A DNA stretch of 40,998 nucleotides from Chiloscyllium plagiosum (taxonomy: Eukaryota), in assembly GCF_004010195.1 (NCBI RefSeq), contig NC_057718.1, positions 76,599,057-76,640,054 of the forward strand, read 5' to 3'. The notes under the pieces were generated by a model. It searched no databases and was not told the DNA's origin. It saw only the letters and a list, made by a program, of their open reading frames with translations. Shown here one piece after another: positions 11,063 through 21,400 of the stretch; the stretch's first letter is position 1, and the number at the start of each line of letters is the position of its first letter. The position numbers and the translations under genes are program-made.

Positions 11063-11122
11063 GACTGTTGTGCAAGAGCACTCCGATCTAAAATGAGATC
11101 GGAGTGCTCTTGCACAACAGTC
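11063..11122. repeat. Perfect 27-bp stem hairpin with 6-nt loop
   Basis: gactgttgtgcaagagcactccgatct (11063-11089), loop aaaatg, agatcggagtgctcttgcacaacagtc (11096-11122). Confidence 0.95.
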
Positions 11123-11347
11123 AATGAAAGTGAACAGGGAGGAACAGAAAGCAGTTAGGTGGACAATATTGGCCTTCAATGCAAGTTGATCTGAGTTAAG
11201 AAGTAGGGATGTCTCACTGCAGTTATGATGAAGAGGTGCTAGTGTTGGACCGGGTGGACCAAGTTGAAAATCACACAACACCAGGTTATAGTCTAACAGG
11301 TTTATTTGAAAATATGAGCTTTTGGAGCACTGCTCCTTCACCAGTGG

Positions 11348-11548
11348 CGAAAATGTGTTGCCGGAAAAGCGCAGCAGGTCAGGCATCATCCAAGGAGCAG
11401 GCGAATCGACGTTTCGGGCATGACCCTTCTTCAGGAACTTCTCTTTCCAATCCTTCCACTTCACTTCCACTGACACCTTCCTTCGACTGACTGAACTGGT
11501 CCTCACCCTGAACAACTTCTCTTTCCAATCCTCCCACTTCATCTCTTC
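11348..11548 (-). mobile_element. Penelope-like family A fragment (terminus with hammerhead plus inverted RT fragment) nested in family B
   Basis: 15-bp TSD CTCCTTCACCAGTGG at 11333-11347 and 11549-11563. A + strand piece translates TDTFLRLTELVLTLNNFSFQSSHF (PLE RT-like). Confidence 0.8.
11405..11437 (-). ncRNA. Minimal type I hammerhead ribozyme motif (PLE family A)
   Basis: Minus strand UUC-CUGAAGA-A-GGG-UCAUG-CCC-GAAA-CG-UC-GAU: CUGANGA and GAAA boxes, stem II, palindromic ACGU, short stem I. Confidence 0.65.
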
Positions 11549-12189
11549 CTCCTTCACCAGTGGGGCAGAATTTATAGCACAAGATCATAGTGTCATGTAT
11601 CTGATATGATATATTCAACAAATTACTGCAGTTATACAGCTCTTTAGTAAGACTGCATCCAGAGGTCTCTATGAGAGGATGTACTTGCTATAGATGGAGC
11701 TCAGCAGAGGTTCACTAGTCTGATACTGGGGAAAGCAGGGCTGTTATATAGGGAGAGATTGGTTTTACTGAGGTTGTCTTCATGAGAATTTAAAAAATGA
11801 GAGAACATCTGATTCCTAACAGGATTAGATGCAGACAAACCAGATGTAGGAATGTTGTTTTCCCTTTTTGAGGAATCTAGAACCAGAGGTCATAGTCTCA
11901 CAATAGGGAGAGGCCACTTCGGACTGAGATGAGTAAACAAAGCTTCACTCAGAGAATGATGAACCTGGGGAATTCACCACTGCAGAAGGAAGTGGAGATG
12001 GTTCCTCACTAAGTATATTCGAGAAAGAGATTGATAAGTTATTATATATTAAAGCCATCAAGGCATTTGGATAGGAAACAGGAACAAAGATTTGAGAAAG
12101 AGAATCTGCCATGATCATTTTGAATGGTCGACCAGGATCACAGGGCAAATGGTTAATCCTGCTCCTAGTTTCTATGTTTTTTGAAACAT

Positions 12190-12540
12190 TGCAGTCCTTG
12201 GGTATGGGGATATTCACAATGCTGTTAGAAACAGAATTCCAATTTTTGAATAAGTGACATGGCAGCTTCTGAGTCAAGATGATACGTGGCTTGAGTTTGT
12301 CATGTTCCTATGCAGCTGCTAACTTTATCCATCTAGGCGACTGAGGTTTCAAAAATGCTGTTAGAGGAGCCTTTGTGAGTTACTGCAGTGAATCTTGTAA
12401 ATGAGCCACACTGCTGCCACTGTGCATTAGTTGTGGAGGGAGTGAATGTTGAAGGCAGTGAATGACATACTAATCAAGCAGGCTGCCTTACTCTGTGTTG
12501 GGCTTCTTGAGCTTTGTTGATGCTGCATTCAACCAGACAA
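12190..12540 (-). mobile_element. Old LINE fragment (CR1/L2 group), same family as 21170-21400
   Basis: Shares ctaatcaagcaggctgc and flanking similarity with 21285-21302. Confidence 0.55.
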
Positions 12541-13018
12541 TAGCTGTTAAAACATGGGCAAAAATAATAGCACCAGTTAAATGGTACAGCAACTCCAAGT
12601 GAGGAGTTGATGTGGTGTGAAATGTGAACATCCATAAGTTGCTGTCCAGGTTGCACAACTCTGCAGTTACTTTTACTAGAATGGCATTGCACTTTCAGGC
12701 TTCCATTTTTTAGAAAATGTGCTTTCTCATTAACATGTCCATTACCCTTACCACAAAGTTCATTCTTGTCATCATAAGTGCAGATCTCTTTTAACAGCAT
12801 GATAATTGTTCATAACTGCCTTTTGCACCAATAATAAACAGTTGCAAGTGTGCAATCTCATTTGTTAAAGTTTGGAAAGTATGGAAATATGTTACAATTT
12901 TCCATATTTTCCTGTTTCTTTTTTTCTCGTAATCCAATTATATTTAAAGTTTGGGTGAAGATTTGTAGCTCGGGTGCTCGTTGTTGTGGTTCTGTTCGCC
13001 GAGCTGGAAGTTTTTGTT

Positions 13019-13058
13019 GCAAACGTTTCGTCCCCTGTCTAGGTGACATCCTCAGTGC
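13019..13058 (-). ncRNA. Minimal type I hammerhead ribozyme motif (PLE family C)
   Basis: GCA-CUGAGGA-U-GUCACCU-AGAC-AGGGGAC-GAAA-CG-UU-UGC: stem I GCA/UGC, stem II with one A.G mismatch, palindromic ACGU. Confidence 0.72.
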
Positions 13059-13607
13059 TTGGGAGCCTCCTGTGAAGCGCTTCTGTGGTATTTCCTCTGG
13101 CATTTATAGTGGCCTGTCCCTGCCGCTTCCGGTTGTCAGTTTCAGCTGTCCGCTGTAGTGGCCGGTATATTGGGTCCAGGTCAATGTATTTGTTGATGGA
13201 GTTTGTGGATGAGTGCCATGCTTCTCGGAATTCCCTGGCTGTCCTTTGTTTGGCTTGCCCTATAATGGTAGGGTCCCAGTCGAATCCATGTTGCTTGGCG
13301 TCTGCGTGTGTGGCTACTAAGGATAGCTGGTCGTGGCGTTTCGTGGCGAGTTGATGTTCATGGATGCGGATCGTTAGCTGTCTTCCTGTTTGTCCTATAT
13401 AGTGTTATGTGCTGTCCTTGCATGGAATTTTGTACACTACATTAGTTTTGCAAAATCCACAAATCCACAAACTCCATCAACAAATACATTGACCTGGACC
13501 CAATATACCGGCCACTACAGCGGACAGCTGAAACTGACAACCGGAAGCGGCAGGGACAGGCCACTATAAATGCCAGAGGAAATACCACAGAAGTGCTTCA
13601 CAGGAGG

Positions 13608-13647
13608 CTACTGAGGATGTCACCTAGACAGGGGACGAAACGTTTGC
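13608..13647 (+). ncRNA. Second (inverted) copy of the family C hammerhead, stem I damaged by a 7-nt deletion
   Basis: ctgaggatgtcacctagacaggggacgaaacgtttgc. The upstream cccaagc is missing relative to the other arm. Confidence 0.55.
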
Positions 13648-14774
13648 AACAAAAATTTCCAGCTCGGCGAACAGAACCACACCAATTATATTTGCCTATC
13701 TTTTTATTTGTTATTCTGAATTTAGAATTACCACTCTCTTTTCCACTTAACCTTCTTCCCAGTCTGGTCAGTGCTTACTTCCCAATCCCTAAGTTTGCCC
13801 TGTTCACTCAGGTCCCAGATGCCCTCATAAGTTAGCAGTACGTGCTTGTTGCTAAGATCTTTCTGAATTGCAGGGTGCAAGAGTAAGTCTACCTAACAGC
13901 TTTTAGCCCTGCAACAGGTCATTCTGATCCAGTAAGTCTAGCAGTGTCATGATCCTATTAGTTTAATAATGTTTCAGTCTCATTACCAAACACTGTTTGT
14001 TAGAACCAGGGAAAATACTCAGCTGAGAGAGATAATGTGTGCTTTGGAAATAAATGCTGTGAGAAACTGGTAAGAAGTTGCTACCAAGGAAACATCATCA
14101 GCTCTCAGTTAACTGCAGTATTTGTTGTATGGCTGTACTTGTTTCTAACTCACCTTCCAAGGTAACCCAGAGAAGAAGATTCTAAGAAGCAAACTCCTTT
14201 CCATTCTTGAAGGGTCATAAAATTTAAGTCTATGGGCCTAGTGTGGGAAAGTGGGACGAGTGTAAGTAGTAGAATATTTTTGATGATATGGTGTCAATAG
14301 GTCCATGGGCCTTACTTTACTGCCAAGTGAAATATTCCTTCTTGTTGAGCAAACTATTCACAAAAAAAGGTACAAATGAAAATAGACATGGCAATAAGGC
14401 AATTGCTTTTGGGAATTCAGTGGATTTACAGTTTACACAATCTGGAAAATTTATTGTATTTGCTTAACAAGACGTAACTCCTCTGATCAGAATATTAAGC
14501 ATATGTCATTGGCATCAGGCGATTGGAGTTCAAAGAAACAAAGGCTACTTATCTAAAAAACTATGTCAGCACCTTTTCCATCCACCTTCTCACAGGTCAA
14601 AAATTCTACATGTTATGTGTTGGGCTCTTGTGGTGTAAGAGACAAGACACCCACGTTCAAGTTCTATCTCCAGAAGTGCGCAATGACATCTTTCCCAAGT
14701 TGATTAGGAAGTATTCACAAGGTTTTGGGCCAAGTGCTGGAAAATAGGATTAGAATGGATGATTGTTTATGGAC

Positions 14775-15056
14775 GGTATGGTCTCTTAGTGGTAGTATTG
14801 CTGCCTCATAGTGGCAAGGACCTGTATTTGATAGCTTTGGGCAACTGTGTGGAGTTTGCACATTCTTCCAGTCTCTGTATGGGTTTCCTCTCACAGTCCA
14901 AAAGTTAGGTGAATTGGCCATGTTACATTGCTCATAGTGTACAGTGATGTGCAGACTAAGTGGTGGGAAATGAAGGGTTACAGGGATAGGTTAGGGGTGA
15001 GATGCTCTTCAGAGTATGGGCCAAATGGCCTGCTTCCACACTGTAAGATTCTGTGA
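14775..15056 (+). mobile_element. HE1-type V-SINE, diverged
   Basis: tRNA-like head, V-domain gtgtggagtttgcacattct, ggtgaattggccatg, and tail ttccacactgta. Confidence 0.8.
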
Positions 15057-15291
15057 TACTAAAGAATGCAGGAGGAAGGGGAAATGAGTAAATCAAAGTG
15101 TACAAGAGATCAGCAATAATATGTTATATAAAAATTTAGATGCATACCATTATGGATCCCAGTAATCAACCATTAAGAAGAAACTTTAACAAAATTGTAG
15201 TGGTAGACTTGTAGGTATGACGTTGTGCACTTTGAAGATATGACAAATAAGATCTTCATAAAATCTTAGTGGACCACCCAAGTTAGGTTAG

Positions 15292-15473
15292 ATGCAGGAT
15301 AGGTGAATTGGCCATGCTGAATTGCCCTTAATGTTCAGGGATGTATAGGTTAGGTGCATTAATCAGGGGCAAATGTTGAGTAATAGGAATGGGTTTGGTT
15401 AGGATATTCTTCGGAGGGTCGGTGCGGACTTGTTGGGCCGAAAGGCCTGTTTCCACATTGTAGGGATTCTATT
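15292..15473 (+). mobile_element. HE1-type SINE 3' half
   Basis: aggtgaattggccatgct...ggacttgttgggccgaaaggcctgtttccacattgtagggattcta, similar to 28670-28762. Confidence 0.8.
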
Positions 15474-16902
15474 TCACATCGTGGAATCCACTCATTATAC
15501 ATGATCAGCATTGTGATACAACAACAAAACAGAATTAAAAGCTCTATGTCGACCCAATTGTAATATTTTAACACTCTAAAATAATTAGATCCTAGGGGAT
15601 TTGAAAGTATCATCAAAGATTTTAAAATAATTGAAATTCAGTTGAGCTTTTGAATTAATCATGTGTGTTCAGGCCATGTACAAGAGTGCCAAACATTACA
15701 TCAGGTATGTGTATAACTGCAAGGTATTAAAAATAAATTCCCACTTTAGCAGAGAGTATTTCTGTTTGTGACTGGTTTGATTAAAGGGAACTGAAGAATA
15801 TGAGGAGGAACAGCTGTAGCACCATATACAACATAAAAAAGGCAGGAAAATGCTGAACAAGCAGGAACTCAGGAGAGCTATTGAAGGACCAAGGGAAAAT
15901 ATGTTTGGAAAAACATTTCTTATTGTTTGAGAAAAGAAATACCATACATTGTTTGTCATGAATTCATTTCTCAACTCATCCTTGGGATTTGGGAAGGGCC
16001 AGAATTTATTGCTTGCTCACTAATTGTTCTGAGTATGTGGCTGTTCACTGTTTTCTTGAATTTGTGACAATTCAAGTGGTGAAGGTACTTTTGTCAGGAA
16101 GGGACTTCCAGGTATTTGGAAGGAGCAACAATGCATGACCATGCCATGATTGTGTCTGTTTTTTGCATAAAACTTTGAGGTGATATTATTCCTATGTACC
16201 TGTTAGCCCTGTCCTTCCAAATGCAAGAAGTTACAGGTTTATGATACTGACAGCAGGCAATTTAAGTATCTAACAGGATGACGATAATAATTTCCATTGT
16301 ACCATGTGTTGCTGCTCTTCAAGTTGCTCTAGTAACTGAGCTGGCTAACTAACAGGATCTAGATGGTAGCGTGATTTGAAATGATCCTTTCTTCTGTGGC
16401 TTTAAATTTGATTCCATCAAATAATAAAGAATAAAAGTTTGGTCCTCTCCTTTCTGCTGTAAAAAAAATTATGTGAAATATGATTAAGCTTTCTCAAAAT
16501 AGTGAGTACAATTCCAGACCAAAATGTTGTCCAAAATCATTTTTTTCTAATCAAGGCTACAAAAATGATTGCTGTGGGAAATGTTACGTTAACAGTTGTT
16601 GCTCTGTGGTTTGAATTAAGGAAAATAAGGCTGCAGAAAAGGAACTTTATGCTGCAGCTTTACCTGAACTGGGCATACTTGATGCTGAGGTGAAAGTGAG
16701 CTTTAGAATACTTGATGCTGACACTGGATACAAAAAGTTAAATTGTTCTATTTATCAGTACTAATGTTCCTTAATTAACTAAAGACAAAGTAGCTCCAAC
16801 ATAAACAGTGTGCATGTTTTGGTGAGATAGTTGCCATAACCTCAATTACTCAATCTTTTATTGACAGGAATGTATCCTTAGGCCTTGTGAGGGAGATGGC
16901 AG

Positions 16903-17612
16903 CTTACCAATGTTTTAGAAATTTTATTGGTTCCCATAGACAGTTTCATGTGAACCTTTGCCCATGTCTCCATAACAATCTTAGGGGAATACTGGGCAAG
17001 TGCTTTCAGGATTCAGAAAAGATCAACGTTTCTGTGGTTGTTTCATCAGTAAGGACTTATAAACCTTGTTTATTTCTTTGTAATCAAATATTAAAACTTC
17101 TGCTCTAGTTATAATTCAGCACTATGGTGAATGGTAGCTTATTATCCAACTACAAAAGCACAGCTGCGTGACAATATTGTGTAACCATGTTCAAAGGTAA
17201 ATGATTCAATTTGGCACAAAGCATCTCAGCACCTGTAAGAAATCAGAGTCATAAAGGAAATTCCATATGTCAGGCTCTATACGCTAGGAAGCATTATGCA
17301 AGACTACCATCGTGCCTTGGATAACATGGCTGTGATTAATTGAAAGGTGTATTTAATTAAAGTTATTGCAAATCGAGTGTTGTAGAAAGAAAAATGTGAA
17401 GTGTTGCTTTTTTTCTGACAGCACTTGAAATTTCTCCAAGTTGATGGTAGGTGCAGATTCCATATTTGGTGTAAGTTGCAAAGTGTTTGACATTGAGAAC
17501 TATTTGGGTCCACAATTCTTCAGTATTCCCATAAGATTGTTATGGAGACATGGGCAAAGGTTCACATGAAACTGTCTATGGAAACCAATAAAATTTCTAA
17601 AACATTGGTAAG
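16903..17612. repeat. 92-bp inverted repeat (90/92 identical) with 526-bp spacer
   Basis: Arm 1 at 16903-16994 is the reverse complement of arm 2 at 17521-17612, with two mismatches. Confidence 0.95.
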
Positions 17613-20600
17613 GTGATCAAACAAATTAGCCATAGTTGATTACACTACAACATTCTTTACGCTCTTCTTTAAATTTAAAGGTACAGTGCCATGTATTTTC
17701 TTTAAAATAGTGAAGAAACATTGTTTTGTAAACTTTCAATAATATAATCTGTTACTACAGTGATATGAATAAACTCAGACTACTGGTTCTTGATTACAAG
17801 CAATCAAGACTTACTTTATTTGTATACTTGAGAATTCTGGACATTGACTGAGGAATAATACAAAGCAGTAACCCAAATTCTAGTGCTCATTCAATCTCAA
17901 CAATAGCTAAATATAAAATACAATAACACAAACAAATTAACTTCGGCCAAGCCACAGATAAAGGATGGTCCATTTGTCAAGGCTAGGCACCCCCACCTGT
18001 GCTATACATTTGCAACATTGATTTACCCAAGAACTGAGGTTTGGGAACAGGGTATTTTCAAAGGTTTGTATGCTAAAAAAACCCCAAAGAAGTCAATAAA
18101 CAAGGTAATTAAAAGTTATAATAAGATAAAACAGGAGCAAAGGTGGACGGAATAGCTTAGTCCCTGATCCAGATTTAGTTAACTGATTTCAGCAGTAAGG
18201 CAATAAGGGTACTCACAATTTCTGAGTCTCTGTCCTAGAGTAGGAAAGTGTAATTTCCTGATCACAATCTGTTGAACTTCACCAGGATGCTTGCTGATGT
18301 GAGGCTGATTTTGTCATCCTAATGTTGGGCAAACTTGCAGCAGGCGACTGACAATGGATATGCAGTGAATATAAATATAAAATTCTCTGTCAATTCCCAC
18401 TAGTTACCATTTGACTAGTATGACAAGCATGCCAGTTTATACCTGTTGAGTACCAATAGGTTCTCAAATGCCTTGATCATCTTGAATTTTCCTATATTTG
18501 AGATGCTCAGTGAGGTAGTTGAGATTGTGAAACTTTGTGAAACATGCGCAGTTAGTCGGTTCATGAACCTTGATGAAAGCTAGTTGTGAAGTTGGGAATC
18601 ATTTGTCAGCTAAGTTTAAAGATCTTTCAAACTTCAAATGCTATAATGATATGCTTTCTGATAGGTTACATATGTTTATAATGCATATGAGCATAATAAC
18701 CATCGGCCTCTCTCTAAAAAAGATACAATTAAAATGAGTGGCATTGTTTTAGATGCATTAAAATACTTTCTTCAGTAGATAAAGTGTTCTTTCATATTCA
18801 GTATTGCAAATAATCTATTAATGCATATCTGGACCTAATACACCAATTCTTATATCAATGTATAGTTCAGACTTCTGCTGAAGCTTTGAAAAAACTCACT
18901 ACTTGTATTGACAGTCCATCTATTGAAAACTTGGGGAAAAAATGACTACCCATCTATTCAATCAACTTCAAAGGCACCATTATCTTGAACCTTAGATGGT
19001 TTATTTTGGCAGCTTTGGAATGGAATCATATTATGGATATTTTTCCCACTAATAGATTTAACTCAATAGGGGTTTTCTCTACAGTTCTCAATGGGACTGT
19101 CAATTTCATTATGTTGACAGTTTTATGAGCTCTTGATATGATTAAAGTGCATTGAAGAAGTTTTGGCCCAACCCAGATTCTTGAGTCAATAATGAAAATT
19201 ATGCCTATGACCTTTGAGTGCAAACAAGGTTGGTGATACCCACACAAAGAGAGTAATTGTGTTAGCAAGCACTTCATAAGTGGTTAATATTTTGAATTGT
19301 TGCCTGTATAAGGCAATTGTAGTGAGAATAACAAAACTATTTGTGAGACAGCTAGGATTGTGATTTGAACTCAACATTTCCAATATCAGAATGAACTGCA
19401 TGCGTACATGAGATTCCTCATCAACACCAATTTTTGTGATCTATGTTTATTTGAGTAAATTTCAGTCTAATGTTTAACCAGATGCTCATTAAAATCTTTT
19501 TAAAGGAGTTAATTGATTCAGCATTTTCTGCTTTTCACCGTGGTGCATTTTATATATTGACTCAGGTTTATAATTGTTGAGTAAAAATTCTAAGAATGCA
19601 CCAAGGGTGAGAATTTCCCAACAATATGAGACCAAAGAAAGGCCTCATGCACAGCTTCTTCAGAATATCCAGGGAGCAGAGGATCCCAAAACAGACTGGT
19701 CTCAAACAATGCAGGCAGTCATTAGCCAATGTGATGTAATCATTGACCAGCTGGCATTGGTACAATGAGGAAGGCTCAATTTTAACATTATAGATGATTC
19801 ACAATTGACTCAAGTGCTTCTGGATTTGGGAGATGAAAGCCTCTGCCCTTAATTTCTATTGAACATTCCTTGCTAGAAATGTGTATTAAAACAAGCTCAT
19901 ATTCTACTCTAATCATTCCTCTGAAGACAAATTTCCTACAATTTCACTGTAAAGAAAGATCACTGAAAGCCACAGACTGATACAGACCAAAGGTGACCAT
20001 TTGGCTAATGTATCTATGCAGTTCTTTGGAAGAGCTATCTAATTAATTCTACTCCTATGATCTTTCTGATTTTTTTAAAAGTATTTATTCAGTTCTGCTT
20101 TGAATGTTACTACTGAATGTGTTTTCATTATATCATTTCCTTAAGAATAATGGCTGCAGGATGAATGCATTTGTTTATTTTTTTTAGCCTACATAGAGAA
20201 GATGCCCTTCAGGGAAAAAAAAGCCCCTTCCTAGTCATTGGCTAACACCGAAAGTGCATTCTCAGAACTTTTACTCAAGAACCTGCCTTAATAATGAACT
20301 GTTTTTTCAGAAGATCAGATTGGCTATGCAAATATTATTTTTACGCACAACTATACCATGACAATACACATGTACACTGATACTGATAATTACTGATAAT
20401 GCTGATAATTAAACAGCTTTCAATTGTTCATTTTAATTTCATAAATAATTCTAGAAACTTTCTCTTAATCTTTGTGACTGACCCACCTAAATAGACTTTC
20501 TTATTGACTTCAAGAAAATTCTTTGGATCCTTTAACAATAAGGGGGTGATAGTTTATGTTTCTGTCACGTAGAGTCAGTAGAGTATATCTCTGTGCAATA

Positions 20601-20965
20601 GATTAATCACACTCACTCTGACACCATTACCTCACTTGTCAGGTGTTTAAAAACAAAATGATTGTCTCTTTTTCCAAGGCTGAGATGATTTATTAGCGTA
20701 TGAGGTAACGCTCTGTAAATAAATAACATTGATGTCAGTTTGTTCAGAGTCTTGTTTTATGACTGTATAGCAGCTTTTTCAATATGTGGTTAACACTTTC
20801 CTCATGAAAACATGGACTAAAAAAAAATCTGCCATTAAAGCATTTTTTTAATATCCCTCAATCTCTAGAAAGTTTCCATTCAGATTAAGTGCTGCAAGGA
20901 ATTAGGCACATTGGGTCATTTAGGGTCTGAACTTTTGACGCAATGTCGAGAATTAATATTCCAGG

Positions 20966-21067
20966 GCTCTGAAGAAGGGTCATTGTACCCAAAAGATTAA
21001 CTCTGCTCTCTCTCTCTCTATAGATGTTGCCAGACGTGCTGAGTTTCTTGTGCAATTTGTGTTTTTG
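20966..21067 (+). mobile_element. Decayed Penelope-like terminal fragment with a degenerate hammerhead
   Basis: ctgaagaagggtcattgtacccaaaag (GAAA box mutated) followed by gatgttgccagacgtgctgagttt. A related reverse piece lies at 36680-36730. Confidence 0.5.
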
Positions 21068-21169
21068 CGTGTATAATATTCCAGCTTCTGATTAAAAAAA
21101 AAACAGAAAGGTTAATTCCATGTCAAGATGTGTGGCAAGGAGGGAGCTTGGAGGTTTTTGAGTTTCTAT

Positions 21170-21400
21170 TTGAGTTTCTAAGTGTTGAAGAAGCTTAGTT
21201 GAGTTGCTGCAGTGCGCTTTGTAGATGGTACATGCTGCTGCAATTGTGATGGGGAAATGAATTTTTAAATTGGTTGATGGAGTGCTAATCAAGCAGGCTG
21301 CTTTGTCCTGGATGGTAATTAACTTATTGAGTGCTATTGGAGCTGCACCCATCCAGGCAAATGGACGTCTTTGATAAATCTTCTGATTTGTGTGTTACAG
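21170..21400 (-). mobile_element. Old LINE RT C-terminal fragment (CR1/L2 group)
   Basis: ORF 21092-21352: WMGAAPIALNKLITIQDKAACLI, resembling the LINE RT C-terminal W..A....L.KL..IQ..A.RLI pattern. Confidence 0.6.

Larger units (their letters stand above)
11227..11624 (-). mobile_element. Penelope-like family B terminal fragment inserted into CR1
   Basis: aaaatcacacaacaccaggttatagt... matches 33947-34110. 11-bp TSD ACTGCAGTTAT at 11216-11226 and 11625-11635. Confidence 0.8.
10010..12180 (+). mobile_element. Degenerate CR1 LINE (RT region to 3' end) hosting nested Penelope insertions
   Basis: Decayed motifs NYRRVNLTS, PQGSLFWP, IYINDLDE, KCEIIHFG, and a 3' UTR ending ctgctcctagtttctatg. Confidence 0.85.
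12946..13681 (-). mobile_element. Penelope-like element (family C): GIY-YIG endonuclease remnant with inverted terminal duplication
   Basis: Minus strand 13450-13142 translates KTNVVYKIPCKDST*HYIGQTGRQLTIRIHEHQ...INKYIDLDPIY. Arms 12985-13210 and 13463-13681 are inverted copies. 12-bp TSD CCAATTATATTT at 12934-12945 and 13682-13693. Confidence 0.92.

Noticed and set aside
11405..13058. Heterodimeric hammerhead between the family A and family C motifs (same strand, both ACGU)
   Set aside because: Dimer cores need cross-paired stem I, and GCA/GAU and UUC/UGC are not complementary.
12985..13681. DNA transposon or MITE with long TIRs
   Set aside because: The interior encodes a PLE GIY-YIG remnant and the arms are asymmetric relative to the TSD, which fits a PLE inversion.
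19574..19768. Protein-like 64-aa ORF (…ISQQYETKERPHAQLLQ…)
   Set aside because: It starts at TTG, has an in-frame stop between it and the nearest acceptor, and shows no recognisable homology.
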